28,817 nucleotides of DNA from a virus (lineage: Duplodnaviria > Caudoviricetes): IMG/VR virus record IMGVR_UViG_3300030099_002279, positions 1-28,817 of that record, one strand, 5' to 3'. The notes under the pieces were generated by a model. It was not told the DNA's origin. It was given only the letters and a program-made list of their open reading frames with translations, and ran no database searches. Of the stretch, positions 7,759-15,513 are shown in pieces. Position numbers and translations under genes: made by a program. Within the stretch, counting starts at the first letter, position 1. The number at the start of each line of letters is the position of its first letter.

Positions 7759-8052
7759 ATGGCAACTACCAAAGATGTCAAAAGATCAGCTAGCGGTAGG
7801 CTTTCCTACCGCGGCGAGTCTTTTCCTGGTTATAACAAACAAAAAAGAACACCTGGAGCCAACAAAAAGTTTGCTGTATTAGCTAAAAAAGGCGATCAAA
7901 TTAAAATCGTAAGATACGGCGATCCTAAAATGTCAATCAAAAAAGATCAACCAGAAAGACGAAAATCTTTTCGGGCCAGGCATAATTGTGATGCCGTGCA
8001 AAAAAAGAAAGATGTTTTTACAGCGGGGTATTGGTCTTGTAAAAACTGGTAA
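7759..8052 (+). CDS. Small basic protein with RRKSFRARHNC...YWSCxxW motif
   Basis: His/Cys/Cys motif in a very basic protein; recalled from phage and large DNA virus DUF families. Confidence 0.75.
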   Translation: MATTKDVKRSASGRLSYRGESFPGYNKQKRTPGANKKFAVLAKKGDQIKIVRYGDPKMSIKKDQPERRKSFRARHNCDAVQKKKDVFTAGYWSCKNW

Positions 8053-8057
8053 TAATT

Positions 8058-8525
8058 ATGACAAAACAAAAAGTAAAAAAAGTTATTAAAGGCTTAAAAA
8101 AAGCAAGCAAATTACACGCTAGTCAAGCAAAAACCTTAGAAGGTATTAAATTTGGCAAGGGCGGCAGTGCAAAATCCAAAACACCAAGCAACGTAACCAA
8201 ACCTGCGTTGTATTCACGCGTTAAAGCAGAGGCCAAAAGAAAGTTTGACGTTTATCCGTCTGCTTATGCTAATGCTTGGTTAGTTAAAACTTACAAAAAA
8301 CGTGGTGGCGGATATAAAGGCGCTAAAAAAGCAGAGGGAGGCGAAGTAAGTAACAAAAACTTAAAACCAATACCAGCTGGCAACAAAGGTCTAGGCAAAC
8401 TGCCGACTAAGGTTCGTAACAAAATGGGATTTATGAAAAACGGCGGTGCTGTAATGGTTCAAGCTAGAGGTTGTGGCGCAATTATGGATAGCAAACGCAA
8501 GCCTACAAGAGTTCCTAAAGGTTAA
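8058..8525 (+). CDS. Basic Lys/Gly-rich protein (DUF5872 N-terminal-like segment)
   Basis: PALYSRVKAEAKRKFDVYPSAYANAWLVKTYKKRGGGY; carries three x-x-x-GG motifs. Confidence 0.7.
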   Translation: MTKQKVKKVIKGLKKASKLHASQAKTLEGIKFGKGGSAKSKTPSNVTKPALYSRVKAEAKRKFDVYPSAYANAWLVKTYKKRGGGYKGAKKAEGGEVSNKNLKPIPAGNKGLGKLPTKVRNKMGFMKNGGAVMVQARGCGAIMDSKRKPTRVPKG

Positions 8526-8531
8526 AAAACC

Positions 8532-8864
8532 ATGGCTATAAGTAGAAGTAGCATTGGTAAATCTGTTAGCAAAGGATCCAAAAAGAAAAGAGATCCAAAG
8601 GTCGGCACTGGCAAAAAACCAAAAGGATCTGGTAGACGTTTATACACAGACGAAAACCCAAAAGATACTGTAAGTATTAAATTTAAGACTATGGCAGATG
8701 CAACAGCCACAGTTAATAAGGTAAAAAGAATTAAAAAACCTTTTGCTAGAAAAATACAAATATTAACCGTAGGCGAACAAAGGGCCAAGGTTATGGGTAA
8801 AACAGGTATAGCTAATGTTTTTAAAAGAGGCAAAGAACAAATAAGGAAAACCAGGAAAAAATAA
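8532..8864 (+). CDS. Basic hypothetical protein (LYTDENPK motif)
   Basis: Operonic and highly basic; N-terminus MAISR is identical to that of the major capsid protein. Confidence 0.75.
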   Translation: MAISRSSIGKSVSKGSKKKRDPKVGTGKKPKGSGRRLYTDENPKDTVSIKFKTMADATATVNKVKRIKKPFARKIQILTVGEQRAKVMGKTGIANVFKRGKEQIRKTRKK

Positions 8865-9172
8865 TGTCTTTAAAAGAATGGTTTGGTAAAGGCCCTAAAG
8901 GAGATTGGGTGGATATTGGTGCGCCTAAAAAAGACGGTAAATTTCAAGCATGTGGACGGGCCTCAACAAAAGGATCTAAAAGAAAATATCCTAAGTGCGT
9001 CCCTAGATCTAAAGCAAAAAGCATGTCAAAATCAGAAATAAAATCGGCGGTTAAAAGAAAACGTGCTAAAAAACAAGGGGTAGGTGGTAAGCCTACAAAT
9101 GTTAAAACATTTGCCGCAAAAGGCGGTATAATTTCAAATAAGTCGAATATGGGTTTATTCGGCAGAACTTAG
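8864..9172 (+). CDS. Basic protein (DUF5872 C-terminal-like segment)
   Basis: LKEWF...WVDIG...ACGR...KYPKCVP...AVKRKR; TAATG overlap. Confidence 0.7.
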   Translation: MSLKEWFGKGPKGDWVDIGAPKKDGKFQACGRASTKGSKRKYPKCVPRSKAKSMSKSEIKSAVKRKRAKKQGVGGKPTNVKTFAAKGGIISNKSNMGLFGRT

Positions 9173-9180
9173 GAGTAAAT

Positions 9181-9471
9181 ATGAAACGTAAAATGAAAGC
9201 TAAAGGCATGAAAAAAGGCGGCAAAATGAAAGCTAAAGGCATGAAAAAAGGCGGCAAGATGAAGTCTAAAGGTTATGCTAAAGGTGGAAAGGCAGGTATT
9301 GGGAAACTAGGCGCAGGCATAAAAAAAATAGCCAATAAAAAAATGAAAGCCAAAGGCATGCGTAAAGGTGGCAAAATGATGTCAAAAGGCGGTGCCATGG
9401 GCGGCAAAATGAAAGCTAAAGGCAAAAAAACTAATGGTAGAGGTAATATAGGCCTTTACGGCAGAAAATAG
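9181..9471 (+). CDS. Lys/Gly/Met repeat protein with no acidic residues (protamine-like composition)
   Basis: TAGGAG RBS; KMKAKGMKKGG repeats; no Asp or Glu in 96 aa. Confidence 0.8.
   Translation: MKRKMKAKGMKKGGKMKAKGMKKGGKMKSKGYAKGGKAGIGKLGAGIKKIANKKMKAKGMRKGGKMMSKGGAMGGKMKAKGKKTNGRGNIGLYGRK
9190..9423 (+). repeat. 33-bp (11-codon) tandem repeat
   Basis: Two identical units (9190-9222, 9223-9255), degenerate units at 9256-9288, 9340-9372 and 9373-9405, and a partial unit at 9406-9423. Confidence 0.85.
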
Positions 9472-9487
9472 TTTTTTTTAAAGTATT

Positions 9488-10168
9488 GTGGCGTACTTAC
9501 ATTCAAACGTACCCTATTTTAAATGTTGGGTAAGAAAAGAATACACTCATAACCATGAGGAATATCATGGTGAGTTTTTACATGCAATGGCCGTTGGTGT
9601 TACATCAATGCCATGTAGATGTCTAAGTTTCCAGGTTATTTTTACAGGCATAGCTCCAGAGGGTGAGCCAGAGGACACGGTTCATGGTGGTGCCATGTGG
9701 GCCAGGATGCCGATTACAGCTTTAGTCGGTGATACTGTTTTTGAAGAATGGCCAGAGCCTATGGCCGTGCATGATGCACAACCCTGGGATTGCTCATCCC
9801 ATCATCATGCAGTTTATGTAATTGACAGGGCAACACCTTGTCCTTGGATAGCAAAGATAGACGGCGAGTTTTACCCAGCTAAATATATGTTTACAGTTGA
9901 CTACACAGAAAGTGAGATTGCGGATGACCCCGCACAACATAAACAAAGTCACGTCATGGAGCTTTTAGATGCTGGTGAATGGACAGGAAACATAGTAGCT
10001 TTACCTAATAATCGTGTTCGGGTAACACATCCAGCATGGTTTACTCATGGAGAGGGTGCACCCGACTTCCGACCCTCTGCTCATATACATTACTCTAAAT
10101 CTGATTTAGACTATACGCTAGACGTAAATCGAGTTTTTGATAACTTGTATAACGACACGGAGGATTAA
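9488..10168 (+). CDS. Conserved phage hypothetical protein (His/Trp/Cys-rich, possibly enzymatic)
   Basis: GTG start; GAMWARMPI, QPWDCSS, YMFTVDY, QHKQSHV and ALPNNR motifs; function unknown. Confidence 0.75.
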   Translation: MAYLHSNVPYFKCWVRKEYTHNHEEYHGEFLHAMAVGVTSMPCRCLSFQVIFTGIAPEGEPEDTVHGGAMWARMPITALVGDTVFEEWPEPMAVHDAQPWDCSSHHHAVYVIDRATPCPWIAKIDGEFYPAKYMFTVDYTESEIADDPAQHKQSHVMELLDAGEWTGNIVALPNNRVRVTHPAWFTHGEGAPDFRPSAHIHYSKSDLDYTLDVNRVFDNLYNDTED

Positions 10169-10864
10169 ATGGCAACGTCCAGTAGCAAAAATTTTGAACC
10201 AGATGTAGCAGAATACATAGAAGAGGCTTTTGAGCGTTGCGGTTTGGAATTAAGAACTGGCTACGATTTAAAAAGTGCTAATAGAAGTTTAAATTTGATG
10301 TTAGCTGAATGGGCCAACAGAGGTCTAAATCAGTGGACCATTCAAGAAAAAACAGTATCTATGGTGAAAGATACCAGAGAATACAACATTGATAGTACCA
10401 ATGGTACGGCACCCATAGATGTATTAGACGTCTTTATACGCGAAACTGTGAGCTCTGAAACCACAGATTTGCCTATGACCAGGCTTAGTAGAGCAGAGTA
10501 TTCGCATATTGTAAACAAATCATCTACAGGTAAACCAAATCAATTTTTCATAGATAAACAAATTACTCCAAAAATATCTGTTTGGCCGACTCCAGATAAG
10601 TCGAGCACTTATACCGTGGTTATGAATGTTTTGACCAGGATGGATGACTCAGATTCAGCAACTAACACCATGGAAGTCCCATTTCGGTTTTATCCATGCC
10701 TAACTGCTGGCCTTGCTTATTACATATCTATGAAAAGAGCACCCGAAAGAACTGCCATGCTAAAAAGCATGTATGAAGAAGAGTTCACCAGAGCCTTGTC
10801 GCAGGATGAGGATAGGGCCTCTTTTAGAATATCTCCAGATATTCGCAGTTATAACAACGCATAA
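10169..10864 (+). CDS. Putative head-tail adaptor (P22 gp4-like)
   Basis: IEEAFERCG...RSLNLMLAEWANRGLNQW...GKPNQFF...VWPTPD...AGLAYY; GGAGG RBS; expected position in the module. Confidence 0.65.
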   Translation: MATSSSKNFEPDVAEYIEEAFERCGLELRTGYDLKSANRSLNLMLAEWANRGLNQWTIQEKTVSMVKDTREYNIDSTNGTAPIDVLDVFIRETVSSETTDLPMTRLSRAEYSHIVNKSSTGKPNQFFIDKQITPKISVWPTPDKSSTYTVVMNVLTRMDDSDSATNTMEVPFRFYPCLTAGLAYYISMKRAPERTAMLKSMYEEEFTRALSQDEDRASFRISPDIRSYNNA

Positions 10865-11178
10865 TGGCTTTTGCATCGGGTAAATTTGCTTACGGAATCT
10901 GTGACATAACAGGTTTTCGCTACAAATTAAAAGATATGAAAAGAACCTGGGACGGTTTATTGGTTGGCCCAGATCAGTTTGACCCAAAACATCCACAGTT
11001 AATGCCAAGACCTGTACCTCAAGATCCGCAGGCATTAAGAAATGCAAGACCAGAGGAAAAAGATGACAACAATTTTTTTGTTGTTTACACTAATGTAGGT
11101 GACGGCAAGTTAGGCGAGGAACTAACAACCTTTGGTATAACATCGGGCGTTGGCTCAGTAACGGTATCAATAACATGA
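10864..11178 (+). CDS. Conserved hypothetical structural-module protein
   Basis: GICDITGFRY...WDGLLV...DPKHPQL...DPQALRNARP; TAATG overlap. Confidence 0.75.
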   Translation: MAFASGKFAYGICDITGFRYKLKDMKRTWDGLLVGPDQFDPKHPQLMPRPVPQDPQALRNARPEEKDDNNFFVVYTNVGDGKLGEELTTFGITSGVGSVTVSIT

Positions 11179-11822
11179 GTTTTACATTAGCAACATTAAA
11201 AACAGCGGTTCAAGACTATTTACAAGTATCTGAATCTACTTTTACGTCACAATTAAATACATTTATAACCGAGGCAGAAGATCGAATATTTAGCCTGGTT
11301 CAATTACCAAAACAAAGAAAAAATGTTCAAGGCACGCTTACATCAAGTAATAGATTTTTGGCCACACCCACAGATTTTTATGCGCCATTTAGTTTGGCAA
11401 TCATAAGCTCAAATACTTATGATTATTTAGATTTTAAACATTCATCTTTTATCAAAGAGTACGCACCAGGCTCCACCTCAACAGGACAGCCTAAATATTA
11501 CTCTTTGTTTGATGATACAGCTTTTGAGGTTGCACCTGTACCCGACGCTAACTATACGGTAGAGTTGCATTATTTACATAAACCAGCATCTTTAACGAGC
11601 GGTAGTGACAGCGGTACAACATTTTTGTCTACGGATTATCCAGACGCATTGTTGTATGGCACGTTAGTAGAGGGGGCCATATTTCTAAAAGAGCCACTTG
11701 ATGTCGTTACCCAATTTGAGGGGCGTTTCAAGGAGGCAGTCGCGAGGATCAAAACTATATCCGAAGGTAGAGGTACCAGGGATGAGTACAGATACGATCT
11801 ATTACGCACTGGCGTAAATTAG
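11175..11822 (+). CDS. Putative adaptor / tail tubular protein A-like
   Basis: LKTAVQDY...FITEAEDRI...GQPKYY...VAPVPD..YTVELHY...PDALLYGTLVE pattern typical of podovirus adaptors. Confidence 0.65.
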   Translation: MSFTLATLKTAVQDYLQVSESTFTSQLNTFITEAEDRIFSLVQLPKQRKNVQGTLTSSNRFLATPTDFYAPFSLAIISSNTYDYLDFKHSSFIKEYAPGSTSTGQPKYYSLFDDTAFEVAPVPDANYTVELHYLHKPASLTSGSDSGTTFLSTDYPDALLYGTLVEGAIFLKEPLDVVTQFEGRFKEAVARIKTISEGRGTRDEYRYDLLRTGVN

Positions 11823-12565
11823 TGGATGAAATAAAAAATAATCAAAAAAACCCAGACGAAAATTTAAAAGGTAAAACAGTAGCTATTGTTGGCTTAGGAA
11901 TAAGCCAGGTAGATTTTGCTATTGGTTTACAAAACGGTAGAACGTGGGACGAGGTTTGGTGCATTAACTCAGCTGGCGCTACTTATCCATGCCATAAAAT
12001 ATTTATGTTGGATCCTGCCAGCAGATTTTTTGACACAGAAGATGCAGGTAAGCAAACCAATGTCATGCAACGTTTGTTATCAAAAACCACAACACCTATT
12101 TACACATGCGAGCTGGATGAAAGGTTAAAAAATCCAATAGTATTTCCCGTTGAAGAGGTTTGTAATGCCACTAAGTGTGCTTATCTAAACAACACCGTTG
12201 CTTATGCAATAGCTTTTGCATTGTGGAACCAAGTTGGCAGGATAGATCTATTTGGTATTGATTTTTCTTATAAAGAAAACATGCACTTTGCCGAGGCTGG
12301 ACGCGCTTGCGTCGAGTTTTGGATTAGCAAATGTATGGAAAATGACATACTCGTAGGAATGAGCGGTAGATCTACAGTGTTAGATTCAAATGTACCTGCT
12401 ACTGAAAAACTTTATGGTTTTCACAGATTAGAAAAACCCTTGGTCGCAATACCACATGAGGGTAAGTTTATAATTGGTCCTTATAATGAAATTAACGAAA
12501 GATTAGAAAAAGTGGGGCTGAAAATAAATGAAGATGTTGCACCTCCAGAGCCGTACAAAGGATGA
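11822..12565 (+). CDS. Rossmann-type enzyme resembling the Maf/DUF115/sialyltransferase-like (GT-A variant) fold
   Basis: KTVAIVGLGIS...VWCIN...FMLD...NNTVAYAIAFA...RIDLFGIDFSY motif order. The ORF is secure; the function is inferred. Confidence 0.5.
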   Translation: MDEIKNNQKNPDENLKGKTVAIVGLGISQVDFAIGLQNGRTWDEVWCINSAGATYPCHKIFMLDPASRFFDTEDAGKQTNVMQRLLSKTTTPIYTCELDERLKNPIVFPVEEVCNATKCAYLNNTVAYAIAFALWNQVGRIDLFGIDFSYKENMHFAEAGRACVEFWISKCMENDILVGMSGRSTVLDSNVPATEKLYGFHRLEKPLVAIPHEGKFIIGPYNEINERLEKVGLKINEDVAPPEPYKG

Positions 12566-12849
12566 GTGTAGATAGTCAATTTAAACTTGGAAACATATCT
12601 GTTCATGCGACACAGAATGAAGGTCACTCACCAGAATTTTGGGCCAAACAAGCAACAAAGAAAATTTGCGATTATTCTAACGAGGCACCAGAGCATATAA
12701 AACAACAGGCTCACGCTTTCCAAACTCAAGTTTATAATGTAATCTTACATAGTATTAAAAATGCAATTAAGTCGAAGAATACGACTTATGTAAATTTGTT
12801 AAAAAAACAAGGCCACAGTGACATGGCCGATATTATAAAGGAGCTTTAA
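12562..12849 (+). CDS. Conserved hypothetical protein
   Basis: ATGA overlap; GHSPEFWA...APEHIKQQAHAF. Confidence 0.75.
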   Translation: MSVDSQFKLGNISVHATQNEGHSPEFWAKQATKKICDYSNEAPEHIKQQAHAFQTQVYNVILHSIKNAIKSKNTTYVNLLKKQGHSDMADIIKEL

Positions 12850-13278
12850 ATGGCTATTACATCGGCAATATGCACAAGTTTCAAACAAGAACTTTTGGTT
12901 GGAACACATAACTTTACTAATAGTAGCGGTAATTCTTTTAAATTGGCGTTATACACATCCTCGGCTACCTTGGGTGCTGGAACAACAGCTTATGTTACTA
13001 CTGGAGAGGCATCTGGGACTAATTATACAGCCGCAGGCTCGGCGCTTACTAATGTGACTCCAGCAACATCTGGAACAACCGCTGTATGTGATTTTGCAGA
13101 TTTAACTTTTACTAATGCTACCGTTACTGCTAGAGGTTGTTTAATATACAACGACACAAATAGTGATAAGGCTGTTTGTGCTATTGACTTTGGCGGTGAT
13201 AAAACTAGCACGGCTGGTGATTTTACAATTGTATTCCCGAGCGCGACAGCTACAGGTGCGATTATAAGATTGGCTTAA
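12850..13278 (+). CDS. Putative tail-associated structural protein
   Basis: AAGGAG RBS; MAITSAICTSFKQELL.G.H.F...FKLALYTS...TARGCLIYN...IDFGGDKTST.GDFTIVFP; Thr/Ala/Gly-rich. Confidence 0.65.
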   Translation: MAITSAICTSFKQELLVGTHNFTNSSGNSFKLALYTSSATLGAGTTAYVTTGEASGTNYTAAGSALTNVTPATSGTTAVCDFADLTFTNATVTARGCLIYNDTNSDKAVCAIDFGGDKTSTAGDFTIVFPSATATGAIIRLA

Positions 13279-13292
13279 TTCTATTTTTAAAA

Positions 13293-13301
13293 TGGTAGAA
13301 T
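13293..13301 (+). promoter_or_regulatory. Extended -10 promoter, probably giving a leaderless mRNA
   Basis: TG-G-TAGAAT ends 6 nt before the ATG at 13308; no SD is present. Confidence 0.5.
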
Positions 13302-13307
13302 TTAGAT

Positions 13308-15200
13308 ATGCCGCTTACAAAAGTTAATTTCAGACCAGGAATCAATAAAGAGGAAACCGATTATTCTAATGAGGGTGGTTGGGTCGATGGCAACTTTATT
13401 CGGTTTAGAAAAGGTCGTGTTGAAAAAATTGGCGGCTGGGAAAAATACATAGATTCTACTCTTGTCGGTTCCCCTAGAGCTTTGCATGCTTGGATAGCTT
13501 TAGATGGCACTCAATATTTAGGCGTTGGAACTACAAACAAATATTATGTTGAAAATGGTAATGTCTATAACGATGTTACCCCTATCAGAAGATCCTCAAC
13601 TAATTCAACAACTTTCGGGGCCACCAATGGATCCTCAACTATAACTGTCACTGAAACAGGTCATGGGGCAGTAAACGGAGATTTCGTGACTTTTTCAAGC
13701 GCAGTAAGTTTAGGTGGCAATGTTACTGCGGCTGTTTTAAACCAAGAATATCAAATAAATTTAGTTACGGGTGACAACACCTACGAAATAACTGCCAAAG
13801 ATACGTCTGGCACCACGGTTACAGCCAATGCAAGCGATTCTGGGAACGGTGGATCTGCAACCGACGCAGTGTATCAAATTAACTCTGGACTAGATGTGTT
13901 TGTACCCAGCACGGGTTGGGGTGTTGGTACATGGGGTGCAGGAGCTTGGGGAGCGGCCACTGCATTGAGTGACACGAACAACCTTAGACTTTGGACACAC
14001 GATAATTTCGGAGAAGATTTAATCATAAATCCAAGAAACGGCGGTATATTCAAATGGGATGAAAGCAACGGACTTTCAACTCGGGCAGTAGAATTATCTG
14101 GTATTTCTGGGGCCAACAAAGTTCCAACGAAAGCCTTACAAGTTATAACCTCAGAAACCGATAGGCATTTAATTGTTTTAGGCGCAGATCCACTTAGCGG
14201 TGGTTCAAGAACAGGAGCTATCGATCCTATGTTGGTGGCCTTTTCAGATCAAGAAAACGAATTAGAGTTTGAGCCTTTGAGCACTAACTCAGCTGGATCT
14301 TTGCGATTATCAAGCGGTTCTTCTATCATTGCTGGTATTAAATCAAGGCAAGAGGTTTTGATTTGGACTGATACATCCATTTATAGCATGCAGTTTATCG
14401 GCCCGCCATTAACTTTTGCCATGAATTTAATCAACGAAGGCGCTGGTCTTATTGGCCCGAAAGCAGTGGTCAATGCACCGAATGGTGTTTTCTTTATGTC
14501 TAAAAACGCCTTTTACTTTTACAACGGATCGATTAAAAAGTTAAATTGCAGTGTGCAAGATTATGTGTTTGGTGATCTAAACGTGGATCAGTCTTTTAAA
14601 TGTTTTGCTGGTTTAAATGAAGAGTTTTCCGAAATATGGTTTTTCTATCCATCAAAAACAGACAGCACCAATGAAATATCAAGATATGTAATTTACAATT
14701 ACGAGGAAGATTCCTGGAGCATTGGATCCTTAGAAAGATATGCTTGGTTAAATCCAGGTATTAATGAAAAACCTTTGGCCGCAGGTGAAACCTCATCAAC
14801 CAAGGTTATTTATCAACATGAAACAGGTGCCAACGATGATACAAGCTCCATGGATGGTGTTTTTATTGAATCAGCTGATATAGATATAACAGATGGCGAT
14901 AATTTTCTATTTTTGAAAAAAATTATCCCCGATATACTTTTCCAAACCGAAATAGGAACAAGTCCAGATCCAGCTTTAAACGTAGTGGTAAAACGACGAG
15001 ATTTTAATAGTGAAAGCCTTACCACTGACTCAACCACACAAATAAAAAACAGCTCTACTTTTTCGAGTTTGCGAACAAGAACCAGGCAATTTGTTTTACG
15101 ATTCGAGTCAGATGATGACAACACAGAGGCAGATAGAAAAGATTTTAAATGGAGATTGGGTAATACCCGTGTAGATATACAACAATCTGGACGTAGATAA
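13308..15200 (+). CDS. Tail stabilisation/nozzle protein (P22 gp10 / tail tubular protein B-like)
   Basis: 630-aa beta-propeller-like protein (FRPGINK...W..GNFIRFR.G..EKIGGW; AFSDQEN; ILIWTD-like VLIWTD; EIWFFYP; WRLG) with an inserted small beta domain (TITVTETGHG...GDFVTFS). Lies upstream of the internal virion proteins. Confidence 0.7.
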   Translation: MPLTKVNFRPGINKEETDYSNEGGWVDGNFIRFRKGRVEKIGGWEKYIDSTLVGSPRALHAWIALDGTQYLGVGTTNKYYVENGNVYNDVTPIRRSSTNSTTFGATNGSSTITVTETGHGAVNGDFVTFSSAVSLGGNVTAAVLNQEYQINLVTGDNTYEITAKDTSGTTVTANASDSGNGGSATDAVYQINSGLDVFVPSTGWGVGTWGAGAWGAATALSDTNNLRLWTHDNFGEDLIINPRNGGIFKWDESNGLSTRAVELSGISGANKVPTKALQVITSETDRHLIVLGADPLSGGSRTGAIDPMLVAFSDQENELEFEPLSTNSAGSLRLSSGSSIIAGIKSRQEVLIWTDTSIYSMQFIGPPLTFAMNLINEGAGLIGPKAVVNAPNGVFFMSKNAFYFYNGSIKKLNCSVQDYVFGDLNVDQSFKCFAGLNEEFSEIWFFYPSKTDSTNEISRYVIYNYEEDSWSIGSLERYAWLNPGINEKPLAAGETSSTKVIYQHETGANDDTSSMDGVFIESADIDITDGDNFLFLKKIIPDILFQTEIGTSPDPALNVVVKRRDFNSESLTTDSTTQIKNSSTFSSLRTRTRQFVLRFESDDDNTEADRKDFKWRLGNTRVDIQQSGRR

Positions 15201-15511
15201 TGGCTAAATTACTGCCAACCCGACTTCCGCAGGCTCAAGGAACAGAAGTTTCGGTTGATACGTTCAACAGGCTTGTTAGAATATTAGAGTTAAACCTGGG
15301 CGCGGAGGATCCAGATGTCATTCGGAGCTACACAAATACAGAGCTTGGCGAATTGCAATTCGCAACAGGCTCTATTATATTTAACAGTACGACAGAGGTT
15401 CATCAAGGCTTTGATGGCACTGAGTTTAGGAATCTCTACGAACACCAGACATACCCTACTGGTTTGTCTGCAACAGCGAGCATAGGAGCTGTAACAGTAA
15501 CGATAGGATAG
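15200..15511 (+). CDS. Small putative tail protein
   Basis: TAATG overlap; GSIIFNSTT...QGFDGTEF resembles fibre shoulder motifs; ends in IGAVTVTIG. Confidence 0.65.
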   Translation: MAKLLPTRLPQAQGTEVSVDTFNRLVRILELNLGAEDPDVIRSYTNTELGELQFATGSIIFNSTTEVHQGFDGTEFRNLYEHQTYPTGLSATASIGAVTVTIG

Positions 15512-15513
15512 AT

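Noticed and set aside
9469-9480. Terminator at the T8 run after the Lys/Gly repeat gene
   Set aside because: No convincing GC stem precedes the T tract.
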